A stretch of 32,000 nt of DNA from Cellvibrio chitinivorans (GCF_035117775.1 NZ_JAYKKN010000008.1:37749-69748); one strand, 5' to 3'; counted from the first letter of the stretch, positions 15,306-24,717 are shown. A program made the numbers and translations. Notes: generated by a model not told the origin, from the sequence alone.

Positions 15306-16340
15306 ATGAAATTTTCCACCCGGTTTTTCACTCTACTCAGCTTATTTAGCTGTTGTTTTTATGCACACACCAGTTACGCACTCGATAAAGTGGCCTTTCA
15401 ATTGGACTGGCTACCCGGTGGCGATAAAGCCCCTGTGTATGTCGGTGTAGAGCGCGGATTTTTTGCAGCAGAAGGATTGGAAGTCAACATCGCCCAAGGG
15501 CGCGGTTCCAATGATGCCATCAGTAAATTAGCCACCGGCAATGGCGATGTCGGCCTGAGCGATTTGGTTGCGCTCTTGCTCGCCAAAGCGGGGCAAACCG
15601 TTCCGGTCAGTGCCATCTACTCACAATTTAGCAAAGCACCTTACGCATTTTATGTGCTGGATTCATCGCCCGTAAAAACCGTTGCCGATGTAGCCGGTAA
15701 AAAAATTGCAACCTCCGCATTTACCTCCGCCAATATATTTTTGCCACTGCTGTTATCGACAAATGGAGTTGATCAAAACTCGATTCAATTAATTAAAGCC
15801 GACCCTGGTGCGCTCAACCCTATGTTGATTATGGGTAGAACTGATGTAGAGATTTCATGGATCACCGACAGCGTGCGCAATATTCAGCAAGCCAAAAAAG
15901 CGGGGAAAAATTTGCGCATCATTCCCTGGCACGATGCAGGTCTGGAGTTTTATTCAACCTCAGTCATCGCCAGTGATAAATTTTTAAACGAACGCCCCGA
16001 TGTTGCACGCCGCTTTTTACGCGCATACGCCAAAGCTGTTGCCTACACATGGGAACATCCGCTGGAATCTGCACAAGCCGTACACAAGATGGTGCCAGAA
16101 GTAGATGCTACTGAAGCAGAAGCAACCATAAATTCCATTCGCGATTTGGTGGTGAATGAGGTTAGCGCACGCGATGGTTTGGGAGTATTTGAGCCAACAC
16201 GCCTGGCAACCACTTGGGAATGGACAGCCAAAGGGCAGCAATTAGCAGTGGATAGTTTTAACCCGGAAACAGCAATTAAGCGTGATTTTCTAGCGGCGCC
16301 TCGCAGCGAGATTGCCACTGCGGAGGCATCTGCACAATGA
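15306..16340 (+). CDS. ABC transporter substrate-binding protein, NMT1/THI5-like (NitT/TauT family)
   Basis: There is a signal peptide, then FQLDWLPGGDKAPVYVGVERGFFAAEGLEV, typical of NMT1/THI5-like binding proteins. I prefer the ATG at 15306 (GGAGAAAGCG-ATG) to 15294. The stop overlaps the next gene's start (ATGA). Confidence 0.85.
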   Translation: MKFSTRFFTLLSLFSCCFYAHTSYALDKVAFQLDWLPGGDKAPVYVGVERGFFAAEGLEVNIAQGRGSNDAISKLATGNGDVGLSDLVALLLAKAGQTVPVSAIYSQFSKAPYAFYVLDSSPVKTVADVAGKKIATSAFTSANIFLPLLLSTNGVDQNSIQLIKADPGALNPMLIMGRTDVEISWITDSVRNIQQAKKAGKNLRIIPWHDAGLEFYSTSVIASDKFLNERPDVARRFLRAYAKAVAYTWEHPLESAQAVHKMVPEVDATEAEATINSIRDLVVNEVSARDGLGVFEPTRLATTWEWTAKGQQLAVDSFNPETAIKRDFLAAPRSEIATAEASAQ

Positions 16341-17164
16341 AACCTTTTGTCAGTTTTAATCAGGTAGGCCACCGCTATCCACTCGCACAGGGCGGTCACA
16401 TGCAAGCCTTAACCGAGGTCAGTTTCGATATTCATCGGCATGAATTTGTCGCCGTCGTCGGTCCATCCGGTTGTGGTAAATCTACATTGCTGCGTTTACT
16501 CAGCGGACTATTAAGCCCGAGCGAAGGCAAGGTTGAGGTTTTTAATCAGCAAGTGACGCAACCGCGCGACGATGTAGGCATAGTGTTTCAAAAACCAACA
16601 CTGCTGCCGTGGAAATCGGTACTCGATAATGTTCTTTTTCCGCTGCACCACAAATACGGAAAAGTTACCGACAAAGATCGCGCCTACGCCAAACAATTAA
16701 TCAATACTGTTGGCCTGAACGATTTTATTGATCGCCTGCCCGATCAACTTTCTGGCGGTATGCAACAGCGAGTGGGAATTGCGCGCGCACTGTTATTAGA
16801 CCCGGACATTTTAATTATGGATGAACCTTTTTCAGCGCTGGATGCATTAACCCGCGAAGAAATGGGTTTTGAATTACTGCGCATTTGGGAAGAAAAACCC
16901 AAAACCGTTTTATTTATCACTCACTCCATTTCGGAAGCGGTTTTGCTCGCCGATAAGGTATTGGTAATGAGCGCTCGCCCCGGACGCCTGCTGGAACAGA
17001 TTGCTATTGAGCTGCCGCGCCCGCGCAGTTTGGACACAATGCAGATACCCGCTTTTAGCAACTACACCCGCCGTATACGCGCACATATTTACGGGAATAA
17101 TTCCCAGTCACAAACTCAATCACAGCCTCAAGCGGACAAAAGATCGCAAACTCTCGCCGTCTAA
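16337..17164 (+). CDS. ABC transporter ATP-binding protein (NitT/TauT family)
   Basis: Walker A GPSGCGKST, signature LSGGMQQR and Walker B ILIMDEPFSALD are all present. Confidence 0.95.
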   Translation: MKPFVSFNQVGHRYPLAQGGHMQALTEVSFDIHRHEFVAVVGPSGCGKSTLLRLLSGLLSPSEGKVEVFNQQVTQPRDDVGIVFQKPTLLPWKSVLDNVLFPLHHKYGKVTDKDRAYAKQLINTVGLNDFIDRLPDQLSGGMQQRVGIARALLLDPDILIMDEPFSALDALTREEMGFELLRIWEEKPKTVLFITHSISEAVLLADKVLVMSARPGRLLEQIAIELPRPRSLDTMQIPAFSNYTRRIRAHIYGNNSQSQTQSQPQADKRSQTLAV

Positions 17165-17188
17165 CGCTCGCATAATTACCGATTAAAT

Positions 17189-17986
17189 ATGAGAAGCCCA
17201 ATGAAAATACTCTGCTCCCAGTATTTAACGCAACTACAGAAGTTATTGCCCTTGATGGCATTGCTCGCACTGATTCCCTTATGGCAATTGTGTTGTTGGT
17301 TATTTTCGATTCCCGAATTTATTTTGCCATCGCCCAGCACTATCGCTCACGCATTTTTTGAGGTGGACGCAGTGCGTTGGTTGGAACATGCATGGGCCAC
17401 CTTAAAAATTGCTCTCATTGGTTTTGCGCTATCGATAATGTTAAGTATTCCCTTGGCGATAATGATGGTGCGCTCTGCTTTTTTGACGAAGACCTTGTTT
17501 CCGCTATTAATTATTGTGCAGTCCACACCGGTGGTTGCGATTGCACCATTGTTAATTGTAATTCTGGGTGCAGGCGATGCCCCGCGTTTGGCAATTACGT
17601 GTTTAATTACCTTCTTTCCACTTGTGGTTTCTGCCACCACGGGTATGTTGGCTACACCACCAGAATTAATTGAACTTTCCAAATCCCTGCGCGCATCACC
17701 GGTAAAAGAAATTTGGCAGATTCGCCTGCCCTATGCCATCCCACATATTTTTAGCGGACTAAAAGTTGCCATTACCTTAGCGGTAATCGGTGCAGTGATA
17801 GCGGAGTTTGTCGCGGCCGAACAGGGGCTTGGATATTTTGTGCAATTCTCCACGTCGTTTTTTAAAGTGCCGCAAGCCTTTGCCGCTTTGCTTTTATTAT
17901 CGGCGATCAGTCTTTCGCTTTTTGCGCTTGTGCAATGGACCCAAAAAATCTGGTTTGCCTGGAGCTTACCGCGCGACAAAATGTAA
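17189..17986 (+). CDS. ABC transporter permease (NitT/TauT family)
   Basis: The 265-aa protein has about 6 hydrophobic segments and an EAA-like loop (ELSKSLRASPVKEIWQIRLPYAIPHIFSGLK). Confidence 0.85.
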   Translation: MRSPMKILCSQYLTQLQKLLPLMALLALIPLWQLCCWLFSIPEFILPSPSTIAHAFFEVDAVRWLEHAWATLKIALIGFALSIMLSIPLAIMMVRSAFLTKTLFPLLIIVQSTPVVAIAPLLIVILGAGDAPRLAITCLITFFPLVVSATTGMLATPPELIELSKSLRASPVKEIWQIRLPYAIPHIFSGLKVAITLAVIGAVIAEFVAAEQGLGYFVQFSTSFFKVPQAFAALLLLSAISLSLFALVQWTQKIWFAWSLPRDKM

Positions 17987-18014
17987 CTTTACATAGCAAC
18001 CCCAAAAAACCGCG

Positions 18015-18072
18015 GAGTAGAAGCGGCGATTGGAAAATACCGGCATTCGCTATTTTCCGATTGGCATTGCTC
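18015..18072 (+). promoter_or_regulatory. Candidate riboswitch aptamer copy C, intercistronic between the permease and oxygenase genes
   Basis: The sequence is GAGTAGAAGCGG-CGATTGGAAAATA-ccggcattcgc-TATTTTCCGATTG-GCATTGCTC. The same outer boxes enclose a 13-bp helix that includes 2 G.U pairs. It is followed by a short GC hairpin (GCAGC-AGC-GCTGC) plus TTTATTTAT, then GGAG and the ATG at 18114. Confidence 0.55.
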
Positions 18073-18113
18073 CATTTCCAGCAGCAGCGCTGCTTTATTT
18101 ATGGAGTTTTACA

Positions 18114-19136
18114 ATGAGCAATATCAATACAAACACCAACACTACAAGTCCGTACGATTTACAAGAGTTGCAATTTGAAAGCACACTTGGTGGCATGGGC
18201 ATTGAAAATGATGCATTACAAATTCCACTGATTGACCTCAGCAACTTCAGTGAGCGACGAGCCGAAATCACCGAACAGTTATGGGCAGCAGCAACCCAAG
18301 TGGGATTTTTTCAGTTGCAACATCATGGGTTGGATTTGACTTTGATTGAATCCACCTTTGCTCAAGCAAAAGCATTTTTTGAATTGCCCAATGCGGATAA
18401 AAAAGCCTATCCCCTTAAAGAGGGTTTGAATGCAGGCTGGGAATTTATGGAGCAGGTTCGTCCATCAACTGGCACTGCCGATCAAAAAGAATCCTATCAA
18501 GTCACCTTGCCGCACATGGACAACTTATGGCCGCAAGAATTGCCCATGTTTCACTCCATCATTCTCGAATTTGAAAAACGTGCGTGGCAATTGGGCATGG
18601 ATGTGCTCTCCTGCTTTGCCGATAAGCTTGGATTTGAGCGCGACTTTTTTAGCCGTGTACACAAACGAGAATCAGCACAGTACCAAAGCACACTACGCTT
18701 ACTGCATTATTTGCCAATGAAAGATTCGCTGCATCAGGAAGGAATTTGGCGTGCTGGCGCCCATACCGATTTTGATTGCCTGACAATGGTATTTCAAAAA
18801 GACGGTCAAGGTGGCTTACAAGTCTGCGGCGGAAAAACGGCCACAGAACAACAGGCATGGAGCAATGTCATTCCGCGCACAGATATCATCACCTGCAATA
18901 TTGGCGACATGCTCATGCGCTGGAGTGACGATCAATTAAAATCCACTCTGCATCGCGTGCGTATGCCTCAAGCTCATGAATATCAAGGCCCGCGCTACAG
19001 CCTCGCATTTTTTTGTCAGGCCAATAAAGATGTAATTATTCAAGGCCCGCAAAAAAAATACGAACCCATCTCTGCTGCCGACTTTTTACGCAAGCGTATT
19101 AACGCGAATTTTGCCGAAATACAGGAAAAAAAATAA
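18114..19136 (+). CDS. 2-oxoglutarate/Fe(II)-dependent oxygenase (isopenicillin-N-synthase-like family)
   Basis: The facial triad and 2OG site are present: GAHTDFDCLT (HxD), LKSTLHRV (distal His) and RYSLAFF (RxS). An N-terminal DIOX_N-like string is IPLIDLS. The track's 18030 start is a TTG; I prefer the ATG at 18114, which is preceded by GGAG. Confidence 0.85.
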   Translation: MSNINTNTNTTSPYDLQELQFESTLGGMGIENDALQIPLIDLSNFSERRAEITEQLWAAATQVGFFQLQHHGLDLTLIESTFAQAKAFFELPNADKKAYPLKEGLNAGWEFMEQVRPSTGTADQKESYQVTLPHMDNLWPQELPMFHSIILEFEKRAWQLGMDVLSCFADKLGFERDFFSRVHKRESAQYQSTLRLLHYLPMKDSLHQEGIWRAGAHTDFDCLTMVFQKDGQGGLQVCGGKTATEQQAWSNVIPRTDIITCNIGDMLMRWSDDQLKSTLHRVRMPQAHEYQGPRYSLAFFCQANKDVIIQGPQKKYEPISAADFLRKRINANFAEIQEKK

Positions 19137-19159
19137 ACTCTCCTTAAATATTGCGATCC

Positions 19160-19198
19160 AAAAAAAACAAGGCGACACAAATGTCGCCTTGTTCTTTC
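19160..19198. terminator. Bidirectional terminator between the oxygenase gene and GH67
   Basis: The stem caaggcgac (19168-19176) pairs with gtcgccttg (19183-19191). An A-run lies before it and a T-rich run after. Confidence 0.85.
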
Positions 19199-19213
19199 AA
19201 GTTAGTTTAAATT

Positions 19214-21448
19214 TTATTTCAACACCCGGCTTGAACTCGCAGGATGCCAAGGTTCAGGCACATAGTGTGTACGCGCTTTCGCTTTGTAGTATTCCAAATC
19301 GTGCTCGGGTTTTTCGTAACCGGCAGGAATTGCTTTGCCGGAAAAAGTTTGGAAGTAAAGCACACAGGAATCGCGCCATTGCACTGCATCGCGCTCTTGT
19401 ACTTGCAGCAGCGCTTTGACTTGTTCAAAACGTTCGGCATCGATAAAAGGTTTGGCGCTTTCCCACTCACGCTGCATACTGCGCACCTGATCTACACCTT
19501 CATAATATTTATGAACTAACTCTTCCCACAAGCTGCGACCAGATTTCATTTTGTGATCCCAGCTTACATGATGAAACCACAGCATTAACTCTTCTGGTAC
19601 GGCATTGATATCGCCATATTGCTTCATTAATGGTGTTGGATACTGGGCGATAGCATTAGAGCCAGTTTTAGTGCGATCAAAACCAATACCGTCTTTACTT
19701 GCGCGGTGATAATAGATGGCCGTCCAATCCGGACGCTCAGAATTTTCGAGCCAAGGTGAAGGGCCGTAGTGATCACCTTGCGAATACAAATGGGTTAAAC
19801 CTAAAGGCGAGCGGTAATTCACTCCCGCTTCACGCGAATACATCATTAATTTTTTAACCGGTGCGATAAATTTTTCGTCGTTAGAGAATGTCATACGCAA
19901 CCACTCTTCAGCAGCCGCTTCGGCTGAAACATTGTGATCCCACGCCATGCGCCCAAATGCGTACCAGCTCGACTGTACGAAAGGGTGCCCAGTCCAGTTG
20001 CGATCAGTGCCTGGGTTAATCACCGCCGCCATGCCTGTATGCTTGCTGCTATTTTCTTTATCTACACCAAATACTTTGCCTTCGAGAATATTGCCAATCG
20101 TTGAACCCTCGCCTTTTGCATAGGTTTCTGTGCGCAGCGATTCTTCAAATAGTGACCCTTGATAAGCAAGGTGCGTAGCGAAGCCAAAATATTCTTGCGT
20201 GACTTGAAACTCCATCATCATGTGAGTTTTTTCCATCGCGGAAAAAAGTGATGAATAGGGTTCGCGCGGTTGAAAATCGATGGGGCCGTTTTTCACTTGC
20301 AGAATTACGTTATCGGCAAATTTTCCATCGAGCGGTTTGAATTCATCGTAAGAGCCGCGAAAGCGATCACCAATATCCGGGTGATATACAAATGCGCGCC
20401 AGAACACTACGCCACCAAAGGGTTTTAATGCAGCGGCAAGCATGTTGGCGCCATCAGCATGATTGCGACCATAATCTTGCGGCCCGGGCTGACCTTCAGA
20501 ATTTGCCTTTACTAAATAGCCACCAAAATCGGGAATATATTCGTACACTTTTTTGGTGCGCTCTTGCCACCATTTTGCAACGCGAGGATCGAGTGGGTCG
20601 GCAATATCCAAATCGCCAAAAGCGCGCGGCGAATTGTAGTTAATCGACAAATACACTTTGATGCCGTAAGGGCGAAATACATCAGCCAGCGCAGCAATTT
20701 TTTGCAGAAATTGATCGCTCAACAAACGCGGATCGGCATTTACATTGTTAATCACTGTGCCGTTAATACCGAGTGAGGCATTGATGCGCGCATAGTCGGT
20801 ATAGCGTGGAGATTTATAATCCGGCAGCGTGCCCCAATCCCACAGCGATAAGCCTGCATAGCCGCGTTCTACCACGCGATTAACATTATCCCAATGATTC
20901 ACTACGCGGTGCTGCAATTTAGGTGCACTACTAATAGCAATGTTAGCGATGGATTGCTGTGTTTGAATTAAACGTAAAAGATGAAAACTGCCGTAGAGCA
21001 CACCCACATCGGAATTAGCGGCAATCACCGTCACATCGCGTTTATTAATACGCGTCTGTTCAATTAAATAACCTTCATTACCTACTGACGCCAAGCGTTG
21101 CGACAAATTCAATGAGGCAATTAAGGGCGAGTTGGCGGGCGTTCCAATCACTAATGACTGAGCTTGCAGTTTCCCTGTTGCACTTGCAATCGGCTTGGCT
21201 AACAAGCCACTCAAGCCGCGCTGCAGCTCATCTGTGGCTGCCACTATCGTAGATGAGCGCCCTTCAGCTACCAGATAGCGAATTTGCTTTTGATATACCT
21301 TGCGTGTAGCGGAGTCACTCACCGGTTGGTAGCGCAGCCACATTTCGTAGCCATCTTCAGCCAGCACACTTGCTGTACCTGTACACAACCAGATTGTTGC
21401 AAAAATGAATAATTTGGAGAAAAAAGATCTATGCACACTCAACCCCAC
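19214..21448 (-). CDS. aguA: GH67 alpha-glucuronidase
   Basis: The 744-aa protein has a signal peptide followed by [10 protein letters not shown], a characteristic GH67 N-terminus. Its length and conserved blocks ([35 protein letters not shown]) fit GH67. The start codon is GTG. Confidence 0.93.
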   Translation of the reverse strand: MGLSVHRSFFSKLFIFATIWLCTGTASVLAEDGYEMWLRYQPVSDSATRKVYQKQIRYLVAEGRSSTIVAATDELQRGLSGLLAKPIASATGKLQAQSLVIGTPANSPLIASLNLSQRLASVGNEGYLIEQTRINKRDVTVIAANSDVGVLYGSFHLLRLIQTQQSIANIAISSAPKLQHRVVNHWDNVNRVVERGYAGLSLWDWGTLPDYKSPRYTDYARINASLGINGTVINNVNADPRLLSDQFLQKIAALADVFRPYGIKVYLSINYNSPRAFGDLDIADPLDPRVAKWWQERTKKVYEYIPDFGGYLVKANSEGQPGPQDYGRNHADGANMLAAALKPFGGVVFWRAFVYHPDIGDRFRGSYDEFKPLDGKFADNVILQVKNGPIDFQPREPYSSLFSAMEKTHMMMEFQVTQEYFGFATHLAYQGSLFEESLRTETYAKGEGSTIGNILEGKVFGVDKENSSKHTGMAAVINPGTDRNWTGHPFVQSSWYAFGRMAWDHNVSAEAAAEEWLRMTFSNDEKFIAPVKKLMMYSREAGVNYRSPLGLTHLYSQGDHYGPSPWLENSERPDWTAIYYHRASKDGIGFDRTKTGSNAIAQYPTPLMKQYGDINAVPEELMLWFHHVSWDHKMKSGRSLWEELVHKYYEGVDQVRSMQREWESAKPFIDAERFEQVKALLQVQERDAVQWRDSCVLYFQTFSGKAIPAGYEKPEHDLEYYKAKARTHYVPEPWHPASSSRVLK

Positions 21449-21594
21449 GTGGATTATTATTAATTTGCTCTCGCCTTATAGTCATTGCAAATATATCACT
21501 GGTATACAAGAATACACATTCAATAAATGTAAAGGCTGGCAGACGCAGATTATTCCCATAACAAACAATAACACTCATTTCGGTCAGGTGAATA

Positions 21595-22500
21595 ATGATA
21601 AGAATCCTCAAACTATGCCTGCTTATGGCATTCAGTAGCTACGCCTTTGGCGCAGACAAAGCCATACGTGTAAACGATTTCAGCGATCCTAATGCAGCCT
21701 ATGCCATCAAGATGCTGAAATTGGCCATCGCCCATAGCGACACGCCAGATTACACATTGGAAATTAAACACGAAGATCTCACTCAAGCGCGCGTTAACGA
21801 AGAAGTGCGCACTGGTGGTTTGCTGGATTTGTGCTGGGCCTCGTCCGATGCGCAAATTGAATCCCAACTGCGCCCTATTCGCATACCGCTGTTCAAGGGG
21901 CTGCTGGGGTATCGCATTTTTATCATCAACAAAAATAATCAACATAAGTTCGACAAGATCAAATCACTCACCGAATTAAAACAATTAACTCTCGGCCAAG
22001 GGCGCACTTGGGCTGATGGCCGCATTTTAGAGGCCAATAGTTTTAACGTAATCAAAACCAATAAATATCCCGGTTTGTTTTACATGGTAGAAGGAGAGCG
22101 TTTTGATGCCTTTCCGCGCGGCGTACACGAACCATTTTCAGAATTGGAAGCGCGCCCAACATTAAATTTAGCGGTCGAGAAAAACTTAATGGTTTATTAC
22201 CGCATGCCGTTTTATCTATTTGTATCACCGGGCAATGAAGCACTCGCACAAACCTTGGAAAGTGGATTTGAACGCGCCATCGCCACCGGTGAATTTGACA
22301 GAGTGTTTTATGGCGATAAAGCGATTCAGGATGTAATGCAAAAAGCCAACATGAAAAATCGACTTTTATTCAAGTTGGATAACCCATTGCTTTCAAAAGA
22401 AACACCAGTGGATCGCTCCGAGCTTTGGTTTGACCCTCAATCCATTCCCGATACAGATGCCACTACAGAAACAATTAATAACAACGCCGATCAACAATAA
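21595..22500 (+). CDS. Orphan periplasmic solute-binding-protein-like protein (type 2 PBP / family 3-like)
   Basis: There is a signal peptide (MIRILKLCLLMAFSSYAFGA). The size of about 280 aa and strings such as GYRIFIINK, LTLGQGRTWAD and RFDAFPRGV resemble stand-alone family-3 binding proteins. No permease or ATPase gene is adjacent. Confidence 0.55.
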   Translation: MIRILKLCLLMAFSSYAFGADKAIRVNDFSDPNAAYAIKMLKLAIAHSDTPDYTLEIKHEDLTQARVNEEVRTGGLLDLCWASSDAQIESQLRPIRIPLFKGLLGYRIFIINKNNQHKFDKIKSLTELKQLTLGQGRTWADGRILEANSFNVIKTNKYPGLFYMVEGERFDAFPRGVHEPFSELEARPTLNLAVEKNLMVYYRMPFYLFVSPGNEALAQTLESGFERAIATGEFDRVFYGDKAIQDVMQKANMKNRLLFKLDNPLLSKETPVDRSELWFDPQSIPDTDATTETINNNADQQ

Positions 22501-22535
22501 TCAAGTATCCAACCATCAACAGCGAGACTATCAAT

Positions 22536-23690
22536 ATGAACAAATTAAACTCGTTAACGCTTTCGCGCCGACAATTATTAGCCGCGACTGGCGCTGGTGC
22601 AGCACTTATTGCCAGCGCCAAAATGCAGGCAGCCGAAAAAGCAATGGCAGCTACAGGCTTAAAAGAAGCCTATAAAAATGATTTTCTGATCGGTGCAGCA
22701 CTTAATGTCAATATCATCGCGCAGCAAGAGCCCAAGTTAACAACGCTTATTGCCAGGGAATTTAATTCCATCACCGCAGAAAACTGTCAAAAATGGGGCG
22801 AAATTCGCAATGAAGATGGCAGCTGGAAATGGAGTGATAGCGATGCGTTTGTTAATTACGGTATAAAAAACAAGATGCACATTGTCGGTCATACACTTGG
22901 CTGGCACAGCCAAATTCCCGATAGCGTATTTAAAAATAAAGATGGTAGTTACATTTCCAAAGAAGCGCTGGCAAAAAAACAGCAAGAGCACATCACTACC
23001 TTAGTTGAGCGCTACAAAGGAAAAATTGCCGCATGGGATGTTGTCAATGAAGCAATGGGCGATGATTACAAAATGCGCCCAAGTCACTGGTACAACATTA
23101 TGGGCGATGACTTTTTAGTGAACGCCTTTAATCTCGCTCACGAAGTCGATCCCAAAGCACATTTGATGTACAACGACTACAACAACGAGCGCCCGGAAAA
23201 ACGTGCTGCCACTATTGACATGCTCAAACGTTTACAAAAACTCGGCGCGCCTATTCACGGACTGGGAATGCAAGCGCATGTTGGTTTGGATTCTGACATG
23301 CAAAACTTTGAAGACAGCATTCTCGCCTACTCTAAATTAGGCTTACGCATTCATCTCACCGAATTGGATATAGATGTGTTGCCATCGGTATGGAATTTAC
23401 CCGTAGCAGAAATCTCTACCCGCTTTGAATATAAGCCGGAGCGCGATCCCTACATCAATGGATTACCAAAAGAAATTGAAGAAAAACTCGCCAAAGCCTA
23501 TGAAACTCTGTTTAAAATTTTAATTAAACACAAAGATAAAGTAGATCGTGTTACCTTCTGGGGAGTTAGTGATGACGCAAGCTGGCTAAATGGTTTCCCG
23601 ATTCCAGGGCGCACCAATTACCCACTGCTGTTTGATCGCCAACAACAACCGAAATCTGCATACTTCCGGCTGTTAGACCTTAAAAAATAG
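22536..23690 (+). CDS. GH10 endo-1,4-beta-xylanase with a Tat signal
   Basis: The twin-arginine signal is LSRRQLLAATGAGAALIASAKMQAAE. The acid/base catalytic region is WDVVNEA and the nucleophile region is HLTELDIDV. Confidence 0.93.
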   Translation: MNKLNSLTLSRRQLLAATGAGAALIASAKMQAAEKAMAATGLKEAYKNDFLIGAALNVNIIAQQEPKLTTLIAREFNSITAENCQKWGEIRNEDGSWKWSDSDAFVNYGIKNKMHIVGHTLGWHSQIPDSVFKNKDGSYISKEALAKKQQEHITTLVERYKGKIAAWDVVNEAMGDDYKMRPSHWYNIMGDDFLVNAFNLAHEVDPKAHLMYNDYNNERPEKRAATIDMLKRLQKLGAPIHGLGMQAHVGLDSDMQNFEDSILAYSKLGLRIHLTELDIDVLPSVWNLPVAEISTRFEYKPERDPYINGLPKEIEEKLAKAYETLFKILIKHKDKVDRVTFWGVSDDASWLNGFPIPGRTNYPLLFDRQQQPKSAYFRLLDLKK

Positions 23691-23703
23691 CTCATCTCCA
23701 CTT

Positions 23704-23771
23704 TGGATTGTTGTAACCCTGTTTGTGCGGTAGGCTTGCACCCAAAATACAATCAGGGTTACCAAAGTCCA
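23704..23771 (+). promoter_or_regulatory. Long imperfect hairpin ending 1 nt before the lpxL start codon
   Basis: The arms 23704-23721 (tggattgttgtaaccctg) and 23754-23771 (cagggttaccaaagtcca) pair at 16 of 18 positions, including one G.U. An inner hairpin, gtgc...gcac, is also present. No T-run follows. Confidence 0.5.
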
Positions 23772-23772
23772 A

Positions 23773-24717
23773 ATGCAAAAAACACCACCATCAAAACATC
23801 TCCCTCCCGTATTTCGCTGGTCATTTTTAGGGCCAAAATTTTGGCCAACATGGCTTCTATTAGTCGCGTTACGTGTGGTTGCGTATCTTCCGATGAGCGT
23901 AAATTTCTTTTTGGGGCGCTGTTTGGGTTGGCTCTTTTGGCACTTGGCTCCCAGCCGCGCCCGTATTGCCGATACCAATATTCGCCTCTGCTACCCAGAA
24001 CTAAATGACGCGGAGCGCAATAAATTAGTCCGCAGTATTATTCAATCCTGTGGCATAAGCTTTTTAGAGAGTGCAGTGGGCTTATGGGGGCCAGAAAAAT
24101 ATCTGCGTCGCGCACATCGCATTAATGGATTGGAGCATCTGCGCGCAGCACAACAAGCAGGGCAAGGTGTATTACTGGTTGTTTGCCATATGACCACGAT
24201 TGATATCTGCGCTCGTATGATGGCCATACATCAAAAAATTGACATTCTTTATCGCCAGGATCCGAACCCTTTACTCGCTTATATGCTGGTAAAAGCACGC
24301 GAAAGTTTTAATGGTGAATCGATAATCACCGTCGAAACTCGCAAGCTGGTGCGTAATCTGCGTGCCGGTCATATAGTGTGGTACGCACCAGATCAGGATT
24401 ACGGGATTAGGCACAGTATATTTGCGCCTTTTTTTGGCGTTCCCGCCGCAACTGTACCCGGCACCGCACGCTTTGCGGCTCTAGGTAATGCCCAGGTGAT
24501 TTTCTTTTCGCATTATCGCGAAGCTGACGGTAGTTACTCACTCGAACTTAGCCCACCGTTGGATAATTTCCCTACTGGTGATGACATTGCGGATAGCACA
24601 CGAGTGAATCAGAAACTTGAGGAAATGATCCGTAGACAACCGGATCAGTATTTGTGGGTGCATAGGCGCTTTAAAACTCGCCCGGAAGGTGAGCCAAACC
24701 TATATAAAAAGAAATAA
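23773..24717 (+). CDS. lpxL: Lipid A biosynthesis lauroyl/secondary acyltransferase (LpxL/HtrB family)
   Basis: The protein is colinear with E. coli LpxL: FLGPKFWPTWLLL, CHMTTIDI (HX4D), VWYAPDQDYG, QYLWVHRRFKTRPEG. Confidence 0.9.
   Translation: MQKTPPSKHLPPVFRWSFLGPKFWPTWLLLVALRVVAYLPMSVNFFLGRCLGWLFWHLAPSRARIADTNIRLCYPELNDAERNKLVRSIIQSCGISFLESAVGLWGPEKYLRRAHRINGLEHLRAAQQAGQGVLLVVCHMTTIDICARMMAIHQKIDILYRQDPNPLLAYMLVKARESFNGESIITVETRKLVRNLRAGHIVWYAPDQDYGIRHSIFAPFFGVPAATVPGTARFAALGNAQVIFFSHYREADGSYSLELSPPLDNFPTGDDIADSTRVNQKLEEMIRRQPDQYLWVHRRFKTRPEGEPNLYKKK

Noticed and set aside
18030-18113. A TTG-initiated 28-codon extension of the 2OG-oxygenase ORF
   Set aside because: The extension would be translated through aptamer copy C and its hairpins. 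The ATG at 18114 has a GGAG Shine-Dalgarno sequence.
21449-21594. A search for a shared operator in the GH67/binding-protein divergent promoter and upstream of the other CAZyme genes
   Set aside because: I found only short 4-6 bp palindromes (gtatac, acat...atgt). No motif was shared with the amylase, GH10 or CE2 upstream regions that I could defend by eye.
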